A stretch of 64,000 nt of DNA from Deltaproteobacteria bacterium (GCA_033763315.1 JANRKS010000027.1:1-64000), one strand, 5' to 3'; numbered from the stretch's first letter, positions 17,637 to 27,797 are shown. The notes: generated by a model from the letters alone, not told the origin. Made by a program: numbers and translations.

Positions 17637-18498
17637 TGGCCTGCGATTCGCGCAGCAACCGCTGCCACATGAACTTCAGGCCGCTTTCCAAATTTGCGTC
17701 GGCGTCGCTCTCGAACAATCGTTCGGCGGCGCTGGCGTAGGCGCGGGCTGATGGCGCGGAGGGAAACATGTCCACCACCACGCGCTGGTGCATAACGGCC
17801 TTGTGAACGTTTTCGTCACGCGGGATGTAGCCCAGAAGGCGAATTTTGGCCTTCAGAAACCGGCTGACCACGCTGGTGAGCTTGGGATAAATGTCACGTG
17901 CCGCCAGCTCGTCGACCACGGGGTTGATCAGCACCGCAAAGCGGCTTACGCCCGCGTCTTGCGAAAGCACCTTGACGGCGGCATAAGCATCCACCAAGGA
18001 TGTTGGTTCGGGGCTGACCACCAAGATCGATTCTTGCGCGGCGCCCGCGAAGAAGCAGACGTTGTCGCCAATGCCGGCGCCCGTATCGATGAACACCACA
18101 TCGAACTTATCTTCCAGCGCATCCAGACTATTGATGAGCTGCATCTTCTGTTCGGTCTTGAGCTCGGTGAGGCTTTGCACACCAGAGCCCGCCGGCAACA
18201 AGTAAAGCCCGTGAGGCCCTTCCATGATCACATCATCAAGTGACACGCCTTTATAAAGGAGATCGCCGATGTGGTGCTTGGGTTTGCAGCCCAATAGAAT
18301 TTCGATGTTCGCCAGGCCCAAGTCTGCGTCTAACACCAACACGCGTTTGCCCGCTTTCGCAGCCAAGACGGCCATATTGGCGGTGGCGTTTGTTTTGCCT
18401 ACCCCCCCTTTGCCGCTCGTGACCGCAAACACGCGAAGCGGAGCGCGTCCAAGCCGCCCTTTCGCCGCCAACTGCCTAAGACCTTCTGCCTGATCCAC
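17626..18498 (-). CDS. flhG: Flagellar number regulator FlhG/FleN (MinD-like)
   Basis: N-terminal DQAEGLR, SGKGGVGKT, DADLGLANI. Confidence 0.93.
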   Translation of the reverse strand: MDQAEGLRQLAAKGRLGRAPLRVFAVTSGKGGVGKTNATANMAVLAAKAGKRVLVLDADLGLANIEILLGCKPKHHIGDLLYKGVSLDDVIMEGPHGLYLLPAGSGVQSLTELKTEQKMQLINSLDALEDKFDVVFIDTGAGIGDNVCFFAGAAQESILVVSPEPTSLVDAYAAVKVLSQDAGVSRFAVLINPVVDELAARDIYPKLTSVVSRFLKAKIRLLGYIPRDENVHKAVMHQRVVVDMFPSAPSARAYASAAERLFESDADANLESGLKFMWQRLLRESQAIAG

Positions 18499-18513
18499 AT
18501 GACCTCCAAAGAC

Positions 18514-19656
18514 TCAAATGCCAAGAACGATGCCTGCGATGCCTTTGGAGGACGCAGCGACGATGTCTTCGGGCACGCGTTGCCCGTTGGTCATACAACT
18601 GACAGGACGTGGCAACTGCGTGAGCGCCGACATCATGCTGCCAGGTCCTTCTGTCTCATCCAGTTTGGAGAAAATGATCGCGTCGGGTGCGCACTCGGCG
18701 TATCGCTCGGCCATCATGCCGATTTCGCGGCCACCTGTGGCGGCAGACAGGACGAGATGCGTTTCCACTTTGGGCAAAGCGCGCAGCAGGCGCATTTGAG
18801 CGCGTCGGGCTTCGGTATCTGAGCGTCCCGCGGTATCAATCAGAACGAGATCGAAGGGCCGGCATTTTTCAGCGGCTTCTTCGAGCGATTTCTCGGTGTT
18901 GGCAAGGTGAGTGGGCACGCCCATGATTTTTCCGTACCTGGCCAGCTGTTCACTGGCTCCCAGGCGGTATGTATCGACGGTGATGAGTGCGACCTTGAGC
19001 TGTGAGTCAAGCAAGGCGCGCGCGGCTATCTTCGCGATAGTGGTCGTCTTTCCCACGCCGGTGGGCCCGACCAGAGCCATGAACCGGGGCCGGGGGGCGG
19101 TGCCCAGGTCGGGCATGCGCCAGGGTGCGTTCACACAAGCCACGCGCTTGCGGATGAGCTTGCCAACTTCTTCGTTGTAATCGCCCTTGCGCGCGCCCGC
19201 ACCCATGCGTTCGGCTTGGCGCACGAATTCAAAGGCCAAATCTTCTTCCAAGCCACGCCGCACGAGACGGTTGTAGATGGCGGCACGCTCAGATGGGTTG
19301 CCCCCCTCGCCCACCGCGGTTGTGGGTGTGGGCTCGCGCATCTTATCAAGCTGCGTTTCAAGCCGCCGCGCGACGCGAAGCAGTTCGTCCCATCCCGCGG
19401 CCGAGCCCAAACGCTCCGTGGTCTTGGCGGGTTCAGGCGCCACAGGTGCGGCAGGCACAGGCGTTGGTTGGCTGGATTTGGCGGCTGTGACTTCGATTTC
19501 GCGACGGCCGAACAATCCTCCCACTTCACGTGTGTCAAGAATGACAGCGTCGGGCCCAAGCGCGGCCTTGATGGCAGCCAACGCCGAGCGCGTGGTTGAG
19601 GCGCGAAACGTACGGATATCTGACGCGACAGGTTCTTTATAGGCTTGAGCGTTCAC
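18514..19656 (-). CDS. flhF: Flagellar SRP-family GTPase FlhF
   Basis: GPTGVGKTTTIAK, DTYR, DTAGRS, SKLDE, GQRVPED. Confidence 0.94.
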   Translation of the reverse strand: MNAQAYKEPVASDIRTFRASTTRSALAAIKAALGPDAVILDTREVGGLFGRREIEVTAAKSSQPTPVPAAPVAPEPAKTTERLGSAAGWDELLRVARRLETQLDKMREPTPTTAVGEGGNPSERAAIYNRLVRRGLEEDLAFEFVRQAERMGAGARKGDYNEEVGKLIRKRVACVNAPWRMPDLGTAPRPRFMALVGPTGVGKTTTIAKIAARALLDSQLKVALITVDTYRLGASEQLARYGKIMGVPTHLANTEKSLEEAAEKCRPFDLVLIDTAGRSDTEARRAQMRLLRALPKVETHLVLSAATGGREIGMMAERYAECAPDAIIFSKLDETEGPGSMMSALTQLPRPVSCMTNGQRVPEDIVAASSKGIAGIVLGI

Positions 19657-21749
19657 GCGGCCCTCCCAATGGCACGGGGTCCAAGTTCAATCGTTCCCAC
19701 CGGTTGAACCGAAGTTCCCGGCGTCAGTTCGCGGGCTGTGACAACGAACAGGTCGTTCACAAAGCGCGAGCCGAAGTCAAACAGCGGCCGGCGCAGGTCG
19801 GGCGAGGTGATCACCACCATCGATCGGCCTTCAGCCGCTTGCCTTGCGGCCATCTTTTCAAGCTCAGCCACCAAGCGGCGAGCCGTATCAATGTCAGGCG
19901 CTAACACGGCTTCACCTTCGCTTGCGCCAAGACTGCGACGCAGAACATCTTCGCTTTCACGATCCAAAGTCACTGCATGAACGGTGCCGGTCGGATCCGC
20001 GATGCGCGCGGTGATCTGACGGAACAAGCGGCGGCGCACTTGCTCCACCAAGAACGCTGGATCTTTGCTGCGAGGCGCGGCGTCGGCCACGGCTTCAAGC
20101 ACGCTGGGCAGATCGCGCACCGAAAGACTCTCACGAAGCAGGCCGCGCACCACCCGAACGAACTCGCCCAGGCTGACGGCGTTGGGAATCACATCCTCAA
20201 CCAACTTTGGCGATTCTTTGCCAATCACGCCCAGCAGATCTTGCACTTCCTGCCTGCCAATCAGCTCGTGGGCGTTCTTCTTGATCGTTTCAGATAGATG
20301 CGTGGTGAGCACAGAGGCGGGATCGACGATCGTTAAGCCGCGCATTTCGGCCTGGGCGCGGTTCTCGTGGGGAATCCAAACCGCTGGCAAGCCAAAGGCG
20401 GGCTCACGCGCGGGGATGGCGTCAACGTCATCGAGTTGCGGCTCGGCGCCCAACGGATCAAGCGCCATCAAACGATCCGCGTAAGCGGTGCCTTTGCCGA
20501 TGTCCATACCGCGCAAGCGAATGCGGTATTCGTGGGCATCGAGGCGCAAGTTATCGCGCAAATGCACAGGCGGCAGCATGACGCCGAACTCGGTGGCAAT
20601 TTGCCGGCGCAAGGTGGTGACGCGGCCCGGAAGTTCGCCGCCCCGTTCAAGGTCGATCAGTGGCAAGAGCGAATGGCCCACCTCGACTTCAAGGACGTCG
20701 AGCGATATCAGATCTTGCAGACGATCACCTTGAGGCTTTTCGCTTTCGGCGGCCTTGGCAGCCGCGCGTGCCACCGCTTCCTTTGTGGGCGGCTTGCGCC
20801 GCGAAAGAATGTAGGCGCCCGCTGAAAGGCCCAAGAAGGGAATGGCTGGCATGCCCGGCAGCAAGGCAAAGACGCCCATCGTGACCGAGGCGAAGCGCAG
20901 CGTGCGCGGCTCGCCGAAGATCTGCGAGGCCACTTCAATGCCGAAGTGTTGGCCGCTGCCCGCGCGTGTGACCACCACGCCCGCTGCGGTGGAAACCAGT
21001 AAGGCGGGGATCTGCGACACCAAGCCGTCGCCAATGGTCAAGATGGTGTAGGTTTCAAACGCGTTGGCGAGGCTGAGACCATCGCGCACCATGCCGGCCA
21101 CCAAGCCGCCGATGATATTGATAACGGTGATGATGAGGCCGGCCACCACGTCGCCGCGAACGAACTTACTGGCGCCGTCCATCGCGCCGAAGAATTCAGC
21201 TTCACGTTGCAACGACTCGCGCCGCGTGCGGGCCACAAGTTCAGTGATATTGCCGGCGGCAAGATCGGCGTCGATCGCCATCTGCTTGCCGGGCAAGGCG
21301 TCCAAGGTAAAGCGCGCGGCCACTTCAGCGATGCGGCCCGAGCCCTTCGTGATGACGGCGAAGTTCACCACCATCAAGATGGTAAACACCACGGTGCCCA
21401 CAACGATGCTGCCACCGACGGCGAAACGGCCAAAGGCTTCGATGATGCCGCCTGCCGCACCCGCGCCCTCGCCACCCGTGCCCAAGATCAAACGCGTGGT
21501 CGCCACGTTCAAGCCAAGCCGGAACAACGTGGTCACCAGCAACATGGAGGGAAACACCGAGAACTCAAGCGGCTGCTTAAGCGACAGCGAGATCAGAAGA
21601 ATCAGGATCGAGATCGAGACGTTGAACGCGATGAGCACGTCCATCACCGGCGCCGGCAGCGGCAGAATCAAGATCGAAAGCACGCCGACCACGGCCAAGG
21701 CCATGCCGGCTTGCGACGAGGCTATGCGTTTGTCTGAAACTTCGTTCAT
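19653..21749 (-). CDS. flhA: Flagellar export protein FlhA
   Basis: EVAARFTLDALPGKQMAIDADL, GAMDGASKFVRGD. Confidence 0.96.
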   Translation of the reverse strand: MNEVSDKRIASSQAGMALAVVGVLSILILPLPAPVMDVLIAFNVSISILILLISLSLKQPLEFSVFPSMLLVTTLFRLGLNVATTRLILGTGGEGAGAAGGIIEAFGRFAVGGSIVVGTVVFTILMVVNFAVITKGSGRIAEVAARFTLDALPGKQMAIDADLAAGNITELVARTRRESLQREAEFFGAMDGASKFVRGDVVAGLIITVINIIGGLVAGMVRDGLSLANAFETYTILTIGDGLVSQIPALLVSTAAGVVVTRAGSGQHFGIEVASQIFGEPRTLRFASVTMGVFALLPGMPAIPFLGLSAGAYILSRRKPPTKEAVARAAAKAAESEKPQGDRLQDLISLDVLEVEVGHSLLPLIDLERGGELPGRVTTLRRQIATEFGVMLPPVHLRDNLRLDAHEYRIRLRGMDIGKGTAYADRLMALDPLGAEPQLDDVDAIPAREPAFGLPAVWIPHENRAQAEMRGLTIVDPASVLTTHLSETIKKNAHELIGRQEVQDLLGVIGKESPKLVEDVIPNAVSLGEFVRVVRGLLRESLSVRDLPSVLEAVADAAPRSKDPAFLVEQVRRRLFRQITARIADPTGTVHAVTLDRESEDVLRRSLGASEGEAVLAPDIDTARRLVAELEKMAARQAAEGRSMVVITSPDLRRPLFDFGSRFVNDLFVVTARELTPGTSVQPVGTIELGPRAIGRAA

Positions 21750-22831
21750 AGGCGGGCCTCACGAACAGCGGTGGCGGGCGCCGTGGGTGCACGGCGACGG
21801 GTAACGCGGTAAACGAACGCCAATACGGCAGCGACGGCCTTATACGTTTCGGAAGGAACGGCGCGCCCCACCTTGACCTTCTTGTGCAGCAAGCGCGCGA
21901 GCGGAATGTCTTGGTAGATGGGGATGCCGTGCGTGCGCGCCAACTCGCGCATGTACTCAGCCAATTCGCCTTTGCCCTTCGCGGTCACAACGGGGGCGCG
22001 GTGCTTGCCGGGCTCATAACGAATGGCCACGGCGATATGCGTGGGGTTCACGATCAAGGCATCGGCCTTGGGCACTTCGATGGCGGCGCGGCCGCGGGCG
22101 AGCTCTCGGTGCTTGGCCCTGCGACGCGCGCGAACTTTGGGATCGCCTTCATCGTCTTTGGCTTCACGTTTGAGTTCCTCCTTGCTCATCTTCAGGCCCT
22201 TGAGGTGCCGGTACTTGGTAAGTGCAAAATCGAGGCCCACCAAAAGCAGCATCGATGCCAGGACTTTGACGGCCGCGTGAGCCAAAGGTTTGAACATCAA
22301 GCCGAATTGCTCGGCTTGCGGCGCCAGGGAGATGTCAGGCAGTGCCATGAAGTCGGCGCGCACAGAGCGCCAGAACACCCACACCACAAACGCCGTCTTA
22401 AACAGCGAGATCACCAGATCCAGCATCATCTTTTTGCTGAACATGTTGGTGAGGCCGCGCGCGGAGATCAGGTTGTCGAAGCCTTTGAAGATCAGGTTCG
22501 GCCAAAACCGCCCGCCGGTTTGCGCCACGAAGCCGACGATCACCGCCAACACCGAAAGGCCACACAAGCCAAGCGTGACCTTGATGGGCGGCACCAAGAG
22601 CGGCCACAGCCGGCTGGGATCGGGATCCACCATCATGGTGGCGCTGGCCCTGAACATCGCGATGAAGGACTCCTGCAAAGTGCCGCCCATCGCGAACAAA
22701 CCAACCGTGCCAAAACACATGCCCAGCCACTGCGGAACATCGCGTGACAAGGGCATCTGACCTTCGCTTACCGCTTGGCCAAGCCGCCTCCCAGACGGCT
22801 TTTCTGTTTTCTCTCCCTCTTCTTCGGCCAC
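21746..22831 (-). CDS. flhB: Flagellar export protein FlhB
   Basis: EKTEKPS N-terminus, EGDPKV, NPTH autocleavage motif. Confidence 0.95.
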   Translation of the reverse strand: MAEEEGEKTEKPSGRRLGQAVSEGQMPLSRDVPQWLGMCFGTVGLFAMGGTLQESFIAMFRASATMMVDPDPSRLWPLLVPPIKVTLGLCGLSVLAVIVGFVAQTGGRFWPNLIFKGFDNLISARGLTNMFSKKMMLDLVISLFKTAFVVWVFWRSVRADFMALPDISLAPQAEQFGLMFKPLAHAAVKVLASMLLLVGLDFALTKYRHLKGLKMSKEELKREAKDDEGDPKVRARRRAKHRELARGRAAIEVPKADALIVNPTHIAVAIRYEPGKHRAPVVTAKGKGELAEYMRELARTHGIPIYQDIPLARLLHKKVKVGRAVPSETYKAVAAVLAFVYRVTRRRAPTAPATAVREARL

Positions 22832-22841
22832 GCGGGCCTCC

Positions 22842-23591
22842 CTAGCGACGCAGGTTGATGGCGGCCAGCGCTTCGCGTGCTGCGATCTCCATGATCTGCG
22901 GCGTCACCGCCGCAGCCACCGCGGCCCCTGCGACGATCGTCACAGAAAAGCCAACGCTGGAGATGTTCAGCTGAGGAGAGGTTCGGCCCACAATGGCCAA
23001 GCCCACCTGACCCACCAACACCGCCGCCAACACCGGGTACGCCAGCTTTACCGCCAAGCCGATCGACTGCAAGGAGCTTGCCACCACGGCCCAACTTACG
23101 CGTTGCACGTCAAACTCACTGCCCGGAGGAATGTCGACCAGCGATCGGCTGAGCCAAATGATCAACGTCTCGATGCCACCCATCGCCACGAACATCACCA
23201 TCGCCAACGTGCCCGCGATTTGGCCGGTGGACGATGTTTCACCACCTTCGTTGGGATCCAACACTTGCGCAAACCCAATGCCCATCGCCAAGCCGCCGAG
23301 CGACCCCGCGGCTTGTGCGGCCAACAACACCAAGCGAACGCATGTGCCTGTGGCCAAGCCTAAGAACACTTCTAACAACGCGCGCATCGCGTACGCGGCC
23401 AAATTCGGCGAGGCGTCTTGCGGGAAGTTTGCGCCGGCAAACGCGGCAAAGGCCACGGGCATCGCGACCGTCAACCGCAGCGGCATCGGGATGGATTGTG
23501 CGCCAATCACAGGCGCGCCCACAAACAAACCTCCGCAACGCAGGAACACCAGCCAGTAACCCAACATATAGGGTTGCCAAGCTTCGATCAT
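22842..23591 (-). CDS. fliR: Flagellar export protein FliR
   Basis: Multi-TM protein, MGIGFA..DP, RTSPQLNI; position between fliQ and flhB. Confidence 0.92.
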   Translation of the reverse strand: MIEAWQPYMLGYWLVFLRCGGLFVGAPVIGAQSIPMPLRLTVAMPVAFAAFAGANFPQDASPNLAAYAMRALLEVFLGLATGTCVRLVLLAAQAAGSLGGLAMGIGFAQVLDPNEGGETSSTGQIAGTLAMVMFVAMGGIETLIIWLSRSLVDIPPGSEFDVQRVSWAVVASSLQSIGLAVKLAYPVLAAVLVGQVGLAIVGRTSPQLNISSVGFSVTIVAGAAVAAAVTPQIMEIAAREALAAINLRR

Positions 23592-23594
23592 GGT

Positions 23595-23855
23595 TCAGGC
23601 GCCTCCGGCGATGCGCTCGATCGCCGAAGCCAAGTACTTCGCACACCGTTCCATCACCCAGCCGCCCATCAAATACGAGCCGAGGATCGCAACCAACAAG
23701 CGCGGCAAGAAGGAAACCGCCGGATCGTTGATTTGGGTTGTGGCTTGAAAGATGCCCATCACCACGCCAACCACCAACAAGCCCAGCACCAAGGGGCCGC
23801 CAGTGGCGCCCAACAACGTGAAACCTTCATGGGCCACCGCTGATACGTCGTTCAT
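23595..23855 (-). CDS. fliQ: Flagellar export protein FliQ
   Basis: IFQATTQIND...FLPR; ATG overlaps the fliP stop (ATGA). Confidence 0.92.
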   Translation of the reverse strand: MNDVSAVAHEGFTLLGATGGPLVLGLLVVGVVMGIFQATTQINDPAVSFLPRLLVAILGSYLMGGWVMERCAKYLASAIERIAGGA

Positions 23856-24550
23856 GCGAAGCTCCGCACCAACGCTGACACCACCAAGTGCCAACCACCG
23901 GCCACCAAGAACACGCCCACTTTGAGCGGCAATGAAACCATTTGCGGCGGCACCATCATCATGCCCAACGACATCAAGATGGCGGCCACCAAGACGTCGA
24001 TCACCAACATAGGGATGAAGATGAACAAGCCCATTTTGAACGACGTCGTCAACTCAGAAACCATGAACGCCGGAATCATCACCGACATCGGCACCACTTC
24101 GCCGCGCGAAGGCCGCGCACGACCCGAGACTTCATAGAACAGGCGGATCTCTTCGTCGTGGGTGTGCTTGGCCAAAAACGCGCGCACAGGCTCTTCAGAA
24201 CGCTCAAGCGCTTCGGACAGCGTGATTTTGTCGGCGAACAACGGCTCCAAGGCCTTTTCGTGAACCGCACGCGCGGTGGGCGTCATGATGAAGATCGTGA
24301 GAAACAAGGACAGCCCCATCATCACCTGGGTGGGCGGCAACTGCGGCGTTCCCAAAGCTTGGCGCAGAAACGACATCACAACCGCAATGCGGATAAAGCA
24401 GGTGACGGAAGTGAGGATCGCCGTGGCGAAGCTCAACAGCGTCATCAGCAGGAACAGCTTCACCGCGGCTGAGCCCCCGGCGGGGGTCATGGCGCTGGCG
24501 GTGTCTATGAAACCCGCCAACCCAGGAGCGCTGGGCGCCGTGGGGTTCAA
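23852..24550 (-). CDS. fliP: Flagellar export protein FliP
   Basis: LRQALGTPQLPP, PAFMVSEL, MSLGMMMVPP. Confidence 0.95.
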   Translation of the reverse strand: MNPTAPSAPGLAGFIDTASAMTPAGGSAAVKLFLLMTLLSFATAILTSVTCFIRIAVVMSFLRQALGTPQLPPTQVMMGLSLFLTIFIMTPTARAVHEKALEPLFADKITLSEALERSEEPVRAFLAKHTHDEEIRLFYEVSGRARPSRGEVVPMSVMIPAFMVSELTTSFKMGLFIFIPMLVIDVLVAAILMSLGMMMVPPQMVSLPLKVGVFLVAGGWHLVVSALVRSFA

Positions 24551-25719
24551 CGTACGCGGGCCTCCATGCCCATGGCCAACTTCTCGCGCAGTTCTCGATC
24601 CTCAACGGATTCTTCCATCAAGCTGGCATCCAATACGTTGGCGAAAGGCCACGCTTCGGGAATGTCTTGCCGGCGCTTGCGAAACAAGCGCGACAGCATG
24701 GTGGCTTGACCATTTTCATCTTCATCGTTGGCGGGTTTGGGTCGAAAATCTGCGGGCAGAACGTCCGCCCATTTTGGAGACACATCAATGTCTTCTTCGG
24801 TCTCGGGGCGCATGGAATCTTCCACGGCGTTCGAAGGCCGCACCTGAATCAGCGCGATGCCCGCTTCGCTTGCGCCTAACAGCAAGGTTTCGTTGCCCAC
24901 CTTCGCAACGATCAACGAACGCTTCGGCCCAAGTTGCGTCGTTTCGAGGATCTTCACGTGGCGGCCCACCGCCCGACGCTTCTTTGCGAAGCGCAAGCCA
25001 AGAACAGCCAGGCCGCCCAGCAACAACACGGGGAACAGAGCCTTCATGGCAGCGCCCCACAAGCTGGCCTGTGTCGCTGCCGGCGCGGGTGCAGCGGTTT
25101 TCACGGGAGCCGCCACGGCCTTGGGAGCTTCTGCGACGGGTGTTTGCACTTTGGGTTCAGGCTTCACTTCGGGCTTAGGCGCCGGCGTGGGCTTTGCCAA
25201 TGCGACAGCGGCAAGCAAGGCATCGTTTTCTGAGGCGCCTGGTGCCTCTTTGTTCTCTGGCGCGGCCTTAGCCGGCATCGCCTCCACAGGCTTCGCCACA
25301 GGCACGGCCTTGGGTGCAACCACGGCCACAACATCCACCGTTGAGGCTTGCTTGCCGGCAGCGAGCGTCGGGCAACTGACGCTCGCCACAACCACGCCCT
25401 CGCCTCCCGCCGCAATGTTGACGCGGCCACCGCAATCGCTGGGCAAGGGCACTTCGAGTTCAACCTTGCCTTCATGTCGGTGCGCTTTAACGCGCTCTTG
25501 GCCTTGGCCCCAGCTGCGGTTGTCGGCGCGCACTTTGCCGCCCACCACGTAAAGCGTGAGCAAGCGTTTGTCCAAACGCGCTGTGACCTGTGAGGGATCG
25601 ATGGCTGATTCGCCGCGGATCTCAACCACGTATTTGCCACCGTCCGCGCTGCCATTGGCGGCCGCCAAGAACACGGGATTTGCTGTAAAAAGCGCGAGCA
25701 ATGACAATACGGGTGACAT
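24547..25719 (-). CDS. fliO: FliO/FliZ with long exported N-terminal extension
   Basis: TM helix followed by ILETTQLGPKRSLIVAKVG..LLLGAS; position between fliN and fliP. Confidence 0.82.
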   Translation of the reverse strand: MSPVLSLLALFTANPVFLAAANGSADGGKYVVEIRGESAIDPSQVTARLDKRLLTLYVVGGKVRADNRSWGQGQERVKAHRHEGKVELEVPLPSDCGGRVNIAAGGEGVVVASVSCPTLAAGKQASTVDVVAVVAPKAVPVAKPVEAMPAKAAPENKEAPGASENDALLAAVALAKPTPAPKPEVKPEPKVQTPVAEAPKAVAAPVKTAAPAPAATQASLWGAAMKALFPVLLLGGLAVLGLRFAKKRRAVGRHVKILETTQLGPKRSLIVAKVGNETLLLGASEAGIALIQVRPSNAVEDSMRPETEEDIDVSPKWADVLPADFRPKPANDEDENGQATMLSRLFRKRRQDIPEAWPFANVLDASLMEESVEDRELREKLAMGMEARVR

Positions 25720-25728
25720 GGCAGCTCC

Positions 25729-26025
25729 TTAGCGCAGACGCGCCACACGTTCGCTTGGGCTAATGATGTCGGTGATGCGCACGCCAAACTTGTCGTTCAC
25801 AACGACAGCTTCGCCACGCGCCACCAGCCGTTGGTTCACCAAGATGTCGAGCGGCTCGCCCGCCACCTTGTCGAGTTCAACCACCGAGCCGGGGCCCAAG
25901 TTCAGCAATTCCTGAATCGACATACGTGAACGCCCAAGCTCAACAGAGATATCGAGCGGCACGTCCAACAGGATCTCGAGGCGGCGGGATTCGATCTCTT
26001 CTTTCGAGCGTTCAGTGGGATCCAT
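25729..26025 (-). CDS. fliN: Flagellar motor switch protein FliN
   Basis: LLDVPLDISVELGR...GEAVVVNDKFGVRIT. Confidence 0.96.
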   Translation of the reverse strand: MDPTERSKEEIESRRLEILLDVPLDISVELGRSRMSIQELLNLGPGSVVELDKVAGEPLDILVNQRLVARGEAVVVNDKFGVRITDIISPSERVARLR

Positions 26026-26066
26026 GTTTTACCTCGGAGCTGTCAGACATCCGTCTTACGGTGCAG

Positions 26067-27095
26067 TTATGCAGGTGTGGTGCCATCGCGTTTGGGCAGC
26101 CCGGATTTGCGTTTGGGCAAGGTGGGCGCCTGTTCGATGACAACAGCCATGCTGCCACTCGACACACGCGGCCACCCCGTAAGCTTGCGCTTGCCCTCGA
26201 TGTAGATCGGAATGGGCGCGCTCTCGTTCTGATCCAAAGTGATGAGATCGCCCACCTGCAGCTCAAGCAGCTGCGAAAAAGGCAACCGCGCGCGGCCTAT
26301 CTCCGCACGCATCTCAACCTCGACCTGCGAGATCTCGCGCGCCAACAACGCCGACATGCGTTCATCCACAGCGCCGCTTTGTCGCGGTGGCGACGACAGA
26401 GCCTTCTTCACCGGCTCAACCGTGGCGTAAGGAATGATCACCTGCAGACGACCGCTGGCGGCGCCCGAAAGTTCATAGCCGCACAAGAGGGCCAAATCGC
26501 TGGGGGCAGCGATCATCGCCATGCGCGGATCGCTTTCAAAGCGCAGCAGTTCAGGATGAATCGGCAAAATCTCGGCCCACGATTGGCTCATAGCATCGCA
26601 AAACAGGGACAAAACGTGACGCAGGACCAAGCGCTCCACGTTGGTCAGATCGCTTTTGCCATCCACCGGATCCACGCTGTCGGCGCGCGCTTTGCGATCG
26701 CCTAAGGCGCCTGCCACCAACGCGCGGGCCAAGGTGTGCTCAAGCGTGGCCACTGCCAACCCGTGACCGGGCCCCAGGGTCATCATGCCCACCGTGGCCG
26801 GTGGTGTGAGCAAGGCTGACACGTCGACGAACTTCAACAGTGTGGCGGGTGTGGCCATCACGCGGATGTCCAAACGAATGCGCGCCGCCAACGCGCCACC
26901 AAACAAAGACGCGGTTCGATCGTCGATCGAGTCGAGCGTGGGCATTTGCCCGCGGATGATGCGATCTTGGTTTGTAAGATCGTAACTCATCACGGGGCCG
27001 CCGCCGGGGCCGCCCGCTTCGGAGGACACACGGCCCTCCTGAATGGCGGCCATTAAGGCATCGACTTCGCTTTGATCGAGACGCGATGAAGACAT
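26067..27095 (-). CDS. fliM: Flagellar motor switch protein FliM
   Basis: LDQSEVDALM CheY-binding N-terminus, C-terminal SpoA domain. Confidence 0.93.
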   Translation of the reverse strand: MSSSRLDQSEVDALMAAIQEGRVSSEAGGPGGGPVMSYDLTNQDRIIRGQMPTLDSIDDRTASLFGGALAARIRLDIRVMATPATLLKFVDVSALLTPPATVGMMTLGPGHGLAVATLEHTLARALVAGALGDRKARADSVDPVDGKSDLTNVERLVLRHVLSLFCDAMSQSWAEILPIHPELLRFESDPRMAMIAAPSDLALLCGYELSGAASGRLQVIIPYATVEPVKKALSSPPRQSGAVDERMSALLAREISQVEVEMRAEIGRARLPFSQLLELQVGDLITLDQNESAPIPIYIEGKRKLTGWPRVSSGSMAVVIEQAPTLPKRKSGLPKRDGTTPA

Positions 27096-27110
27096 GGTGG
27101 TGTGTGTGAC

Positions 27111-27665
27111 CTATTGAACGATGAAGCTTGTGACATAGACGCTGCGAATGCGGCGCCCTGGAACGACCTCTTGCAAGCGATGCAACACTTCCGTTTTCAC
27201 GTTGGTCATGCCCTCGCTGCCGCGCAGCTCGTCGGCGGTGCGGTCCGCGAGGTAGCCGATGATCAAGTCGCGGATGCGGGGCATGTAGTTGCCCACCACT
27301 TCCTTATCTTTCTCATCGCCAAGCTCGATCTCCATTGTGATGTGCGCGTACTTCTCAGCCTCAACCGCGCGCAGCTGAACAATGAAGTTCTCAAGCGCCA
27401 CGGTGGGCCCCACGGCGTTGGGCTTGGGTCCCGCCCCCTCACCTTTTTCGCCGTGTTCTTCCGGCTTGGCCTCTTCGCCATGCGCGGGCTCTGCATGAGC
27501 TGCCGCCTCGCCCGCCGGAGCCGGTGGCTTGCGCAAGAGCGTAAAGGCCAAAACACCCGTCACCAAGAGCGTGTTGACGCCAAGAAGCATCGGCACCAAT
27601 TTGCTCTTTTTGGCCGGGGCCTCTTCTTCTTCAATTTCGTTTGTCTTTTTCTCCGCAGCTGCCAT
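27111..27665 (-). CDS. fliL: Flagellar basal-body protein FliL
   Basis: N-terminal TM, FIVQL, PRIRDLI, C-terminal YVTSFIVQ. Confidence 0.92.
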   Translation of the reverse strand: MAAAEKKTNEIEEEEAPAKKSKLVPMLLGVNTLLVTGVLAFTLLRKPPAPAGEAAAHAEPAHGEEAKPEEHGEKGEGAGPKPNAVGPTVALENFIVQLRAVEAEKYAHITMEIELGDEKDKEVVGNYMPRIRDLIIGYLADRTADELRGSEGMTNVKTEVLHRLQEVVPGRRIRSVYVTSFIVQ

Positions 27666-27693
27666 GGCACCTAGATCTCCAGGCAGCGCTTAA

Positions 27694-27709
27694 AGCAAGG
27701 CTTGTACCG
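27694..27709 (-). promoter_or_regulatory. Sigma-54 promoter of the fliL operon
   Basis: Minus strand CGGTACAAGCCTTGCT (GG-N10-GC), 28 nt upstream of the fliL ATG. Confidence 0.75.
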
Positions 27710-27753
27710 CACCGCTTCTGGCGTTAAGTGGCCGGAAACAAAGGCCCGCCACC

Positions 27754-27797
27754 CGTCAGGGGACTGACGCGAGGCCCGCGCCGTCAGGGAAATGACG
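27754..27797. promoter_or_regulatory. Tandem palindromic activator sites CGTCA-N6-TGACG (FleQ-box-like)
   Basis: CGTCA-ggggac-TGACG (27754-27769) and CGTCA-gggaaa-TGACG (27782-27797), 28 bp apart, upstream of the sigma-54 promoter. Confidence 0.72.

Noticed and set aside
19653-24550. Non-flagellar type III secretion system
   Set aside because: Presence of fliL, fliM, fliO, flhF, flhG and fliA identifies it as flagellar.
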